Assembly: GCA_964532415.1 (NCBI GenBank)
Contig: CAZHHN010000002.1
Coordinates: forward strand, 7,852-71,851
Length of the DNA: 64,000 nt
Source: an uncultured Gammaproteobacteria bacterium
Lineage (GTDB): Bacteria; Patescibacteriota; Patescibacteriia; SG8-24; DYFX01
Direction: 5' to 3'
In this document: one piece after another, positions 8,810-17,721 of the stretch
How the letters are laid out: the number at the start of each line of letters is the position of its first letter
How positions within the stretch are numbered: position 1 is the first letter of the stretch
Made by a program: the position numbers and the translations under genes
The notes under the pieces: model-generated
Told to the model about the DNA's origin: nothing
What the model saw: the letters and a program-made list of their open reading frames with translations, nothing else
The model's database searches: none

Positions 8810-10167
8810 GGATGGACTTCGTCGCGGCTGCCGAGTTTCTCCCGCAGGCATTCGCGCGCCGCCTGCCGCTCGTCCCAGGGACGGAGCTTCCCGCCGCGCC
8901 CGACGATCGCCTGCTCGGCACCCTTGCCGGTCAGCAGTACGACATCTCCAGACCTCGCCAGATCGACGGCCTTCATGATCGCCTCGCGGCGGTCGGCGAT
9001 CCTGAACAAGGTCTCCCCTTCCTTCTTCCCGGCCTCGCGCGCGCCGGCGGCAACCTGATCGATGATCGCCTGCGGGTCGTCATCGTAGGGATCTTCATTC
9101 GTGACGATCACCACGTCGGCCGTTCCGCCAGCCAGGCGTCCGAGGATGGGGCGGCGGGCGACGTCGCGGCCTCCGCCGGCCGAACCGAGCACATGCAGGA
9201 TGCGCCGATGCGGCAGGCGTTCGATGGCGGAGTAGAGCTGGCGGAGCGATTCCGGTTCCGGCGCGTAATCGACGATGACGGTGAAATCCTGGCCTTCGTC
9301 GATTCTCTCGAAACGGCCGGGCACGCCGGTGACCTTGGCGAGCGCCCGCGCCATGACCTCGAGCGCCACGCCCTGCGACAATCCGACCGAAACGGCCGCC
9401 AGCGCGTTCAGCACATTATACCGGCCCGGCATTTTCACATCGAAACGCGTATCGCGCACCGTGAAGACCGAGGTATCGGGGTGCAATCCGACGTTCACGC
9501 CTTTCACGATCGCCATCGGCCAGGCGGCCAGCCCGGCCGGCTGCGCCGCACCATCGGCCAGGAAGCCGTATTTCTTGTCCGCTGGCGGTTCAAGAAACTC
9601 TTTCGCGTATTCCGACTCGAGATTCGCGATCGCGACTTTCTTGACGTCGCCGCGCATCGGCAGCGATTTTCGCCTGTGCCGCATCAATTGATGGAAAAGC
9701 TTGAGTTTGGCGCGCTTATAGTTTTCGAAACCATCGTGCGCCTCGATATGCTCCGGCGTGAGATTGGTGAAAACCACCACGTCGTACTCGATGCCGAAAT
9801 GACGGAACTGATCGAGACCCTGCGAAGACGTTTCGATGACGGCGTAGCGGCAGCCGGCTTCGGCCATGCGATGCAGCATCTTCTGCAGAAAGAAGCGTCC
9901 CGGCATCGTCATCTTCATGGCGTTGACGATTTCCTCGCCGGCAACGCGGAAATTGACGGTCGACGTCAGACCGACCTTCTCCCCCGCCTCTTCCAAGATG
10001 CGGGCGATCATGTTCACGACCGTCGTTTTCCCGTTGGTGCCGGTCACTCCGATCACGATCATCCGCCGCGACGGCCAGGCGTACCAGGCGGCCGCAAGAT
10101 AGGCCAAGGCGAAATGGTAGGCCTGGAGCAGTGGCTTGGGAATGAAGGCTCTGAGCCGGGAAAGCAT
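8806..10167 (-). CDS. murE: UDP-N-acetylmuramoyl-L-alanyl-D-glutamate--2,6-diaminopimelate ligase (MurE-type Mur ligase)
   Basis: GVTGTNGKTT P-loop, VIETSSQGL, C-terminal VVIVTNEDPYDDDPQAI (MurE DNPR-like). Start chosen at MLSRLRAFIP (10167). Confidence 0.8.
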   Translation of the reverse strand: MLSRLRAFIPKPLLQAYHFALAYLAAAWYAWPSRRMIVIGVTGTNGKTTVVNMIARILEEAGEKVGLTSTVNFRVAGEEIVNAMKMTMPGRFFLQKMLHRMAEAGCRYAVIETSSQGLDQFRHFGIEYDVVVFTNLTPEHIEAHDGFENYKRAKLKLFHQLMRHRRKSLPMRGDVKKVAIANLESEYAKEFLEPPADKKYGFLADGAAQPAGLAAWPMAIVKGVNVGLHPDTSVFTVRDTRFDVKMPGRYNVLNALAAVSVGLSQGVALEVMARALAKVTGVPGRFERIDEGQDFTVIVDYAPEPESLRQLYSAIERLPHRRILHVLGSAGGGRDVARRPILGRLAGGTADVVIVTNEDPYDDDPQAIIDQVAAGAREAGKKEGETLFRIADRREAIMKAVDLARSGDVVLLTGKGAEQAIVGRGGKLRPWDERQAARECLREKLGSRDEVHP

Positions 10168-10385
10168 GGGATCAGGATAGCATATGCGCGAAAAGGCATC
10201 TGGCTGTGTCTCCGGAGGCTTGCACATTTCTCCTTGACGCAGAGATTAATTTCATGCTATCGAATACCCATGGTTACGCCGCCCAACCCGGGCAAGCGGC
10301 CAGCGGCAGACAATGCGGCTGTACGCTTCTCCGGGCGGCGGCGTCCATGCCATCCCGCCTCCGTCCCGAAAGGAAACGCCTCCGC

Positions 10386-10763
10386 ATGGACGATGACACC
10401 GAATGGCGATATCCCGGCGAGATTGATGATGCCTATCGGGAAAGTATCCGCGAGCGCTTCACTTGGACAACCGTCCTGACGGCGCTGAAGATCCCGTACG
10501 AACTCAGCGGCGAACGGAGAAACCGCATCAAGCTGCTGTGCATCTTCCATGCGGAGAAGACACCTTCTCTGCTCTTCTATCCGGATGGCGGCTTCATCTG
10601 TTTCGGCTGCCAGCAGCAGGGCGACATCGCGCAATTCGTCTTCCTCTGGTTCGACAAGACCTTTCCTGCGCTGAACTGCACCGGCGTTCCGAAAAAGGCG
10701 CTCGATGATTTCTTCGCTTCGTGCGCGAAAAAGAATCCGCAACAACTTGATCTTCCGATCTGA
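10386..10763 (+). CDS. Standalone primase-type CHC2 zinc-finger protein (no TOPRIM/catalytic domain)
   Basis: CIFHAEKTPSLLFYPDGGFICFGCQQQGDIAQFV matches DnaG zf-CHC2 (CxxH-x17-CxxC). SD AAAGGAAA before ATG 10386. In-frame alternative starts at 10254 (ATG) and 10206 (GTG). Confidence 0.6.
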   Translation: MDDDTEWRYPGEIDDAYRESIRERFTWTTVLTALKIPYELSGERRNRIKLLCIFHAEKTPSLLFYPDGGFICFGCQQQGDIAQFVFLWFDKTFPALNCTGVPKKALDDFFASCAKKNPQQLDLPI

Positions 10764-10795
10764 ATGCGATCGGGTTCCATATGGGGCTCGATTTT

Positions 10796-11602
10796 TTATA
10801 AAATCTGGAAACGTTTCTGAAAAAACTCCTCCATTATGTATTTATACATCATGAAAAGAGTCGGAATTACCAAACGTTGATTGTCCAATAAGTTCGCAAA
10901 AACAAAACCGACCATAAACTCCACCTGTAGAGCATCCATTCCTGTAAAGCTGGATGGCAGCACCAATTTGGCGAAAGTCGCACCATCAACTAACGGTCCT
11001 TCTAGCATTTCTACTGGACTTTTTCCAGATTTGTGAAACGTGACGTAAGAATCGTCTTCAACTTGTGCGCCCAAACTTAAAACCTTCGCACCCGTAGCAA
11101 TCACATGTAGTGTTCTGTGCTTATCCTTGTCTGAAAGTTCTCGAAGTATGGTGAGCGGATGATAACCGATAACGCCAGCCCCCATGAACGGTTGAACTTG
11201 TAAAAAGACTTCCAAGAATTTTTTAGGGATACCAGGCAGTTTTTTCTTTACACCCTCAGAAAATTTTTCTTGATTTTCACAGATAGGAAAGTATATCTGT
11301 TTCTGCTGTAATTCAGAAAGATTTTTGAAGTCGCTATAATGGCTCACCGTCTGCCAAGCTAGGTTGTCCAAAGCTGCTCTCAAATGATGAATAGTTTCGC
11401 TCAATAACAATGGAATTTGTTTCGGGATCACAGTCCGAGAAGCCCATCTCCAAGAGATAATCTTATTCTCATGATCAGTTTCACGAATAATGTTTGTAGT
11501 ATTAAACTTGGAGCCATAAGCATGCAGAATGTCGTTTATTTCACGCATTCTGATTTCCGCTTGAGCCAAACGATCAGCGGTGTCTTGAAACAAGACTGAC
11601 AT
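10796..11602 (-). CDS. AT-rich orphan protein (268 aa), function unknown; candidate accessory/defence gene
   Basis: ORF of ~40% GC inside a ~66% GC locus. Begins 3 nt after the murD stop. No recognisable catalytic motif. Confidence 0.7.
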   Translation of the reverse strand: MSVLFQDTADRLAQAEIRMREINDILHAYGSKFNTTNIIRETDHENKIISWRWASRTVIPKQIPLLLSETIHHLRAALDNLAWQTVSHYSDFKNLSELQQKQIYFPICENQEKFSEGVKKKLPGIPKKFLEVFLQVQPFMGAGVIGYHPLTILRELSDKDKHRTLHVIATGAKVLSLGAQVEDDSYVTFHKSGKSPVEMLEGPLVDGATFAKLVLPSSFTGMDALQVEFMVGFVFANLLDNQRLVIPTLFMMYKYIMEEFFQKRFQIL

Positions 11603-11605
11603 TGT

Positions 11606-13036
11606 TCAACTCAACTTCTTTACTACATTACGGAACTGCTCCCCCCGATCGAATTCGTTGACGAACAACCCGAACGACGCGCAGCCCGGCGAGAGCAGCA
11701 CCGCCTCACCTTTTTTCGCGGCGCGCGTCGCGTGCGCCACCGCCTTATGCATTGAAGAAACGACCTCAGCCGGCCGCATGCCGGCTTTTTTCAGCGCCGC
11801 AGCCATTTTCGGCGTGGCTGTGCCTTCGAACAGAATGATTTCTTTCGCGAACCGTTTCGCCGCTTTCGCCCATGGCCCGAATTGCAGCGCCTTGTCGGCG
11901 CCGCCGGCGATCAGCACGCCTTTCTTTTTCTTAAAAATCGTCTCCATGGCGGCGACCGAGGCTTCGGGCGTGGTGGCGGCGGTATCGTTCCAATAGCCCA
12001 CGCCACGCACGTCGCGGACATGCTCAAGACGGTGCGGCACGCCTTTGAAATTCCGCAGGGATTTTTGGATCGCCGCGGGCCTGGCTCCGCGCAAAAATGC
12101 GGCTCCGCCGGCCAGAAGCGCGTTCCAAAGATTGTGTTCCCCCGGCAGCCGCACGTCCCCGGCATCGAACAGGACCGTCTCGATGCCCTGCGCGCGAACG
12201 ACCGCCTTCCGCCTGCGGAAAAAAACGGCGTTCTGATCGCCCGGCACCGGCTTCATCGACGCCCAGAAGCGTTCGCCGCGGACGCGCGCGCCCATTTTTT
12301 TCGTCCAGGGATTCCCGAACGGAACGATGGCGATGTCGGTCGGCAGCTGCCAGGCATAGATCAGTTCCTTGGCGGCAGCGTAGTCGGCCATGCCGTGATA
12401 GCGGTTGAGATGATCCGGCAGGACGTTCGTGAGCACGGCGATCGACGGGCTTCTTTCCACGCTCTTCAGGCTTTCGAGCTGCCACGAAGAGAGCTCGAGC
12501 GCGACGGGCACCGCTCTTTTCGCCGGTATGGCCTCTTCGAACGGCGACGTGCGGATATTGCCGGCCACGAAGGCGCGGCCGAAGGCCGCCTGAAGCATCG
12601 CGCCGAGCAGGGATGTTACGGTCGTCTTGCCTTTGGTGCCGGAGATACCGACGATCGGCTGGGGGCAAAGCCGGAAGAACAGCGAAACATCGGACTCGAC
12701 CGGCACGCCGGCACGCCGGGCGACCGCCAGAAACCGGGAATCGCGCGGTACGGCGGGATTTTGGATCACCATGTCGGCCGTCCGGAAATCGGCGTCACGG
12801 TGCCGGCCGAGAACATAGCGGATCGGGTGCGCGTTCGTGCCGAGGGTTTTTCTCAACCGTTCCAGCTCCGAAATCGACGGCGCCAGCGCATGGCGATCCT
12901 TCAGGTCGGTGACGGTCAGACGCGCGCCCTGGCGCAGCAGCCATTTGGCCACGCCCAAGCCGCCACGGTTGAGGCCGAGACCCATGATCGTGACTTTACG
13001 ACCGAGGAATCCTTTTCCGAAGACATCAGAGGTCAT
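11606..13036 (-). CDS. murD: UDP-N-acetylmuramoylalanine--D-glutamate ligase
   Basis: N-terminal KVTIMGLGLNRGGLGVAKWLLRQGARLTVTD Rossmann, GISGTKGKTT P-loop. ATGA overlap with upstream GT2 stop. Last ~12 codons AT-rich. Confidence 0.85.
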   Translation of the reverse strand: MTSDVFGKGFLGRKVTIMGLGLNRGGLGVAKWLLRQGARLTVTDLKDRHALAPSISELERLRKTLGTNAHPIRYVLGRHRDADFRTADMVIQNPAVPRDSRFLAVARRAGVPVESDVSLFFRLCPQPIVGISGTKGKTTVTSLLGAMLQAAFGRAFVAGNIRTSPFEEAIPAKRAVPVALELSSWQLESLKSVERSPSIAVLTNVLPDHLNRYHGMADYAAAKELIYAWQLPTDIAIVPFGNPWTKKMGARVRGERFWASMKPVPGDQNAVFFRRRKAVVRAQGIETVLFDAGDVRLPGEHNLWNALLAGGAAFLRGARPAAIQKSLRNFKGVPHRLEHVRDVRGVGYWNDTAATTPEASVAAMETIFKKKKGVLIAGGADKALQFGPWAKAAKRFAKEIILFEGTATPKMAAALKKAGMRPAEVVSSMHKAVAHATRAAKKGEAVLLSPGCASFGLFVNEFDRGEQFRNVVKKLS

Positions 13037-13725
13037 ACGCGTTGCCGAAATTGGTCGGCGGAGAGGCAGGTCGCCACCAACGCCGCGCTGATCTGCCAGA
13101 TCATCTGAAGATAGGCCGCGAGGCCGCGGAAAAAACCGACCTTCTGCATCTTGCGCCGTTGCGTGACGCCTTCCGTCAACACCCGACCGTACGGCAGCCG
13201 GTTGACGCGGCAGAAACAACCGAGCGCGATTTCAACGCGGAAGCCTTCGAGAAAACGCGGCGGCACGCCTTCGAAGATTTCCCGCCTGAGCGCCCGCTCG
13301 CCGGCAATGGAAGGCAGCCGCGCGATCAGCCGCGTCACGATCGGACCCCAGTCGCGGAGTCCCGTGCACATCGCCAGACGGCCGTCGAGTACCGGCGCAG
13401 TCAGACGTTCGATGTGTGCCGGCGTGAGTCCGATCAGATCGGCGTCGCAGAATAGCAGCACGTCATGCGAAGCCGCGGCGACGCCATGCCTGAGCGCGCC
13501 GCCTTTCCCTTGGTTGCGTTCCAGGCGCAGCACGCGGTCGGCGCCGGCACGGCGCGCCGCGTCCGCCGTCCGGTCGCGCGAACCGTCATCCACCACGATG
13601 ACTTCGCCGACCGAAGCCGCGGATTTCAGGGCGCGCACGACCTCCGCAACCGTCCGCTCCTCGTTGCAGGCCGGAACGATCGCCGAAGCGCGGCGCGCTT
13701 CATCGGCCGCGGAGCGAAAGTTCAT
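13033..13725 (-). CDS. Family 2 glycosyltransferase (DPM1-like)
   Basis: AIVPACNEE..VIVVDDGSRDRT..LLFCDADL motifs of GT-A fold GT2. Confidence 0.75.
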   Translation of the reverse strand: MNFRSAADEARRASAIVPACNEERTVAEVVRALKSAASVGEVIVVDDGSRDRTADAARRAGADRVLRLERNQGKGGALRHGVAAASHDVLLFCDADLIGLTPAHIERLTAPVLDGRLAMCTGLRDWGPIVTRLIARLPSIAGERALRREIFEGVPPRFLEGFRVEIALGCFCRVNRLPYGRVLTEGVTQRRKMQKVGFFRGLAAYLQMIWQISAALVATCLSADQFRQRV

Positions 13726-14269
13726 ACAGGATCTCCTCGGCCTTGCGCAGATGGGCGCGGGCCTGGTCGTACTTCGTCCGGAGATAGCCGGAGTAATCCA
13801 TCGCATCGAGGCCGGCGATCACCCGGTCCATCCGGGTTTTCAATTCCCTGGTTTCGGCATCCCGCCCGGCCGTCGCGAAGACGGTCATGAGGCGCACGCC
13901 TTCACCGAGCGCGTCGCACAGGCCGGCGATCTGCGTTTCTTCGTCGAATCCTTCCAGAGGCGAAACGTCGCCTTTCCAGGCGAGTTGCGCGACAAAGCGC
14001 GCCTCGGCGTACTCTTCGAGCGCGGCGCGGTAGCTGCCCTCATGCGACAGGCGCGCGTTCGCCGACGCTTTCGTGCCGATCTCCGCGAAGACATGTTCCG
14101 CTTCGGTCAGAAGCCTCTTGGCTTCGGCTTCGTCGTCGCGCAGGATCGAGAAAATTGCCCGCTTTGAGCACCCCTGCGCTCTGGCGGAAAGGGCGATGAT
14201 CTCGCGGCGGGCGAGATCGAACGCTTCCTGTTCGGTTTTCAGACGGGCGAGGAAATCTGCGGTCGGCAT
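13700..14269 (-). CDS. Translin-family protein (all-alpha)
   Basis: C-terminus LRKAEEILYELSLRGR resembles translin LKKLENVVYDLSIRG. DEETQIAGLCDALGEGVRLMT resembles translin DDIFLLGVLHEDADLKLNL. Confidence 0.45.
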   Translation of the reverse strand: MPTADFLARLKTEQEAFDLARREIIALSARAQGCSKRAIFSILRDDEAEAKRLLTEAEHVFAEIGTKASANARLSHEGSYRAALEEYAEARFVAQLAWKGDVSPLEGFDEETQIAGLCDALGEGVRLMTVFATAGRDAETRELKTRMDRVIAGLDAMDYSGYLRTKYDQARAHLRKAEEILYELSLRGR

Positions 14270-14343
14270 AGCCTTGGCAGAATAGCGGGATCGTAGCCGG
14301 AAATCAAGAACGAAAAGAAAAACAGCGGCACAGGCCGCTGCCG

Positions 14344-15915
14344 TCAGACGTGATTCCAAGTGGCCGCTTCCCCGGTCGGAAGAAAGAAACGGTCGGCCTG
14401 ATGATCGTAGTGGAGAAGCCGCACATGCACATCCGTCGTACCGTCCTCCTCCTGATACACCAGGGTTTCGACGGGCGCGAGCCGAAAGGACGTTTCGTCC
14501 CGATATTCAGCGGTGGCTTGCCTCCAGAGCAGGTGGAGGATGACGAGCGTGACCACCGGCCAACGAAACATCGCCAGCGGCGAGACCACCAGCAGCAGGA
14601 AAAGTCCCGCTGAAAGGAGGGCATAACCCGCCGTCACTGCGCAGGCTTTACGAGGCACGTGTACCCAATGATAGCCGATGTGCCGGAAGAAGGTTTCGAC
14701 CGGCGTCCAGCGGGTCCGGCAGCGCACCTCCGGCATGAAGGTTCGCACCTCCAGGCCCGCCAATCCGCTGTTGTAGTACATAACCGTCCGATCGCGGAAC
14801 GGGTATGTTTCAACCTTGCGTCCATGCGTGTGGGCGCCGACCAAGTGACGAATCCGGGGATGCGCGTCGAGAAACGCGCGAAGATGTTTCTCGTACCGAT
14901 CCGGCCCCATCGTATTCAAGACAACGATCACGGACTCCCAGAGGCGCAGCAGGCCGTCACGGAAATACTGCAGCACATCCACGCCCGCAACGATGACAAC
15001 GACCAGGCACAGCCGCAGCAGGATATGGAAGATGCTTTGCGGCTGCCGGGCGAAGCCCATCGCGTAGGTCGCGCCATGATCGGCGCGGCGGTTGATGTCC
15101 CTGAAGTAATGGCGTTTCAACCACATGCCGAGGCTGGCATGCAGGCAGGAGGCCAGACGCACGTTCAAGATCTTCACTTTCTTGCCGAACCAAGGCGTCA
15201 ACGCCGCCGGAATGGAGCGCAGCGCGATGATGAAACTGACAGCGGAAATGGACACGGCGATCGCTCGACCACGGAATCCGGCAGGCAAAAGCGAGAAGGC
15301 TGACCAACTGACGATGACCGCGACGACAAGGGCCAAAAGCCCCACGAAGATGGTCGCCCTCCGACTGAGCATGACGGTCTTCTTGAACGCCTTGGCGATC
15401 GGCGGATCGGCGTTCCAGGGATCGAAGGCGTGCCCATGCAGGTGCAAGACCGTCTCCCCGACCGGCCAACCGTCCTCGTGGAAGGTGACGCGGCCGGACG
15501 GTTCCAGCGGTGCGAGCGCCCGTTCGATAAGCTCGCGAACGCGTGGCCAGCGCATTTCCATGTCGTGATTGCCGGGGATGATCCGGCAGCTCAGTTTGGG
15601 ATAGCGCAAAAGGAATTCGCGCAGCCCGGAGAAATACCCAGGGTGCGCCCTCAGGATCGCTTCGGCCTTGGCGACCGCCGCCTCTTCGGTCGGCACGACG
15701 CCATACTCTCCGTTGAAGGGCGCGGCCAGCAAATCAAGCCAATCGCCCAGAAACACCAGATCGTATTCAACATCTGGCCCGAAGACGCCAGTATGCGTCT
15801 TGAGCATGGCGAGATAGGCACGCTCGATTTCCTGAGGAAAATCTTCAAGCCTGGCGTCACCTGCCCCGAGGTGTTTATCGCCCAGCGAAATCGCTACTCT
15901 GATCAATTTTCGCAT
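14344..15915 (-). CDS. Calcineurin-like metallophosphoesterase with C-terminal multi-TM membrane domain
   Basis: ISLGDKHLG and IIPGNHDME metallophosphatase motifs, several hydrophobic helices downstream. Start MRKLIRVAISLGD. Confidence 0.65.
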   Translation of the reverse strand: MRKLIRVAISLGDKHLGAGDARLEDFPQEIERAYLAMLKTHTGVFGPDVEYDLVFLGDWLDLLAAPFNGEYGVVPTEEAAVAKAEAILRAHPGYFSGLREFLLRYPKLSCRIIPGNHDMEMRWPRVRELIERALAPLEPSGRVTFHEDGWPVGETVLHLHGHAFDPWNADPPIAKAFKKTVMLSRRATIFVGLLALVVAVIVSWSAFSLLPAGFRGRAIAVSISAVSFIIALRSIPAALTPWFGKKVKILNVRLASCLHASLGMWLKRHYFRDINRRADHGATYAMGFARQPQSIFHILLRLCLVVVIVAGVDVLQYFRDGLLRLWESVIVVLNTMGPDRYEKHLRAFLDAHPRIRHLVGAHTHGRKVETYPFRDRTVMYYNSGLAGLEVRTFMPEVRCRTRWTPVETFFRHIGYHWVHVPRKACAVTAGYALLSAGLFLLLVVSPLAMFRWPVVTLVILHLLWRQATAEYRDETSFRLAPVETLVYQEEDGTTDVHVRLLHYDHQADRFFLPTGEAATWNHV

Positions 15916-16021
15916 GACGCGTCTCCTCGATAAGGGTAAGCAGGCCTCAAAGACCTGCCCGCAGTCCATCAAAAAAAGACGGGTTTGTCAATTGCGGGTG
16001 CAAACGCTACGATGGCGGTCC

Positions 16022-17035
16022 ATGCGTCCCAAAACAGCGTATCTGAAACCCTTCATCGCCGTCGGAGCCGTGCTTCTGATCGGAATGGCCTGGTGGCAGC
16101 GGTCCGGCAGGCATCCCAAAGCTCCGCCCGCGCGCGCGACCGCACCCGAAACCTTCGCCCCAGCTCCGCCCGATCGCACCCGCCCGATCGCCGTCATGAT
16201 CGACGATCACCCCGACGCCTGGCCGCAATCGGGCCTTTCCAGGGCCGCCATTGTCTGGGAGGCGCCGGTCGAGGGCGGGCTGACGCGCGACATGGCAGTC
16301 TTCCGCAGCGCCAGCGCGACGGAGATCGGACCGGTCCGGAGCGCGCGGCCGTACTTCCTGCTCTGGGCCCGCGAAGCCGACGCGGTTTACGCGCACGTCG
16401 GCGGCAGCGACGAAGCCTTGAAGGATCTCTCGACCCGCATGTACGGGCTGGATGACGCCGACGAATTTTCGCATGGCAACAGCTTTTGGCGCGACGCGTC
16501 CCGCGATGCGCCTCACAACACCTACAGCTCGACCGAAAAAATGCGCGCGCTAATGGCCGCCAAGAGCTGGCACACGGAAACTGAAGCGACCGATCCGTGG
16601 CGCCGCGACGGCGCCACGGCGACCGGCACGCCGGCCTCCGCCATCGAAATCGCCTCTGTCGCCGGAGGAGAGACGATCAGTTTCCGTTGGAACGCCGCGC
16701 GGCGCGGCTACGACCTTTCACGCCGTGCGCCGGCGGTGCACGACCGCTCCGGCGAGCCCGTTTCTCCCGCCAACGTGATCGTCATCGAAGCCAAGATCAT
16801 TCCGATCGCCGACCCGCATGCCAAGGGTCTGATCGGCATCGAAGCGATCGGTGAAGGCTCTGCCACGGTTTTCCGCGACGGCGTCGCCATTCCCGCCAAA
16901 TGGAAAAAGACATCGGCTGCTTCGCCGACGCGCTTCATCGACGCGCAGGGGCGCGAAATCGCGCTCGCTCCGGGACAGGTCTGGATTTCGGTCATCGGTA
17001 CCAACCGTAGCGGCAGCGTAACCTTCCGTCCGTAG
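16022..17035 (+). CDS. DUF3048-domain membrane-anchored protein
   Basis: N-terminal TM then PIAVMIDDHPDAWPQSGLSRAAIVWEAPVEGGLTRDMAVF typical of DUF3048. Confidence 0.55.
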   Translation: MRPKTAYLKPFIAVGAVLLIGMAWWQRSGRHPKAPPARATAPETFAPAPPDRTRPIAVMIDDHPDAWPQSGLSRAAIVWEAPVEGGLTRDMAVFRSASATEIGPVRSARPYFLLWAREADAVYAHVGGSDEALKDLSTRMYGLDDADEFSHGNSFWRDASRDAPHNTYSSTEKMRALMAAKSWHTETEATDPWRRDGATATGTPASAIEIASVAGGETISFRWNAARRGYDLSRRAPAVHDRSGEPVSPANVIVIEAKIIPIADPHAKGLIGIEAIGEGSATVFRDGVAIPAKWKKTSAASPTRFIDAQGREIALAPGQVWISVIGTNRSGSVTFRP

Positions 17036-17041
17036 CGTGGT

Positions 17042-17512
17042 TCATGGTTGGGTATCGCACCAATCTCGGACGGAACCGACCACGAACGTCCATTTACGGA
17101 TTTCCGGCATAGGCAAAAGATCGCAGGGCGATTCCTGTCCGGCGCGGGGCGGGAGCGGCGCGACGTAACGGCCGCGGCGACTGGGTACGTCGACGGTACA
17201 GACCGCTCCGTCGTCGTGGCCTTTGCCGATCCGGACGATATAGGCGGCGCAGTCGCCGTAGGCGCGCATATGTTCGGCGACGGACTCTTCGACGCCGCCG
17301 GAATCGTCCGGAAAGAAACGCTTGGCCATGGCCGCTCGCGCATTCCACGTCCAGAGACCGATGGCCGCCAGCAGGCCGAGCGACAGCAATTCGCCGCGCG
17401 AAGGACCATGCGACGAACGCGCCACCGCCCAGACAACCGTCCCGGCGGCGAGCGTCACGGCAGCCGCGCCGATCAGGGCGGCCGGAAATTCCCACGAGAA
17501 GGCGAAATCCAT
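17042..17512 (-). CDS. Small membrane protein (2 TM + soluble Cys-containing domain), unknown function
   Basis: High GC3 codon bias. ATG at 17512 chosen because the longer ORF would overlap tRNA-Lys and its terminator. Confidence 0.45.
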   Translation of the reverse strand: MDFAFSWEFPAALIGAAAVTLAAGTVVWAVARSSHGPSRGELLSLGLLAAIGLWTWNARAAMAKRFFPDDSGGVEESVAEHMRAYGDCAAYIVRIGKGHDDGAVCTVDVPSRRGRYVAPLPPRAGQESPCDLLPMPEIRKWTFVVGSVRDWCDTQP

Positions 17513-17530
17513 ACCCGGGAAGTATACCAA

Positions 17531-17566
17531 AAAGAAAGCGTTCCGCCGCGGCGGAACGCTTTCTTT
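17531..17566. terminator. Perfect 15-bp palindromic hairpin downstream of tRNA-Lys
   Basis: GAAAGCGTTCCGCCG|CGGCGGAACGCTTTC with flanking A/T runs. Confidence 0.65.
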
Positions 17567-17641
17567 GGTGGGTCGGCCGGGAATCGAACCCGGGACCATC
17601 AGCTTAAAAGGCTGTTGCTCTACCGGCTGAGCTACCGACCC
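17566..17641 (-). tRNA. tRNA-Lys (anticodon UUU), CCA encoded
   Basis: Reverse complement GGGTCGGTAGCTCAGCCGGTAGAGCAACAGCCTTTTAAGCTGATGGTCCCGGGTTCGATTCCCGGCCGACCCACCA. Anticodon loop CTTTTAA. Confidence 0.85.
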
Positions 17642-17721
17642 TCGACCGTTGGCAGGATAGCCGCTTTGAGCCGAAAAGTCAACGGGATCAGGCTTCGGGG
17701 ATTTCGCGTCCGCATCAAAAG

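Larger units (their letters stand above)
10170..11645. other. Compositionally atypical block in murD-murE intergenic position; AT-rich core 10770-11640 (~40% GC), probably horizontally acquired
   Basis: GC drops from ~66% to ~40% across 10770-11640. Contains the CHC2 zinc-finger ORF and the 268-aa orphan ORF. No integrase or flanking direct repeats seen. Confidence 0.6.

Noticed and set aside
7192-10479. 1095-aa plus-strand ORF
   Set aside because: Antisense to SurA-like, FtsB-like and murE genes. Arg/Gly-rich low-complexity translation typical of high-GC antisense frames. Spans tRNA genes.
10764-11645. Direct repeats/att-like sites flanking the AT-rich island
   Set aside because: Only a trivial shared CCGATCG hexamer was found at both edges. 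Not convincing as attachment sites.
7225-17641. Non-Watson-Crick 27:43 pairs at top of anticodon stems of tRNA-Thr (G.A) and tRNA-Lys (A.A)
   Set aside because: Single mismatches at this position are tolerated in many tRNAs. May also reflect my manual folding, so not treated as pseudo-tRNA evidence.
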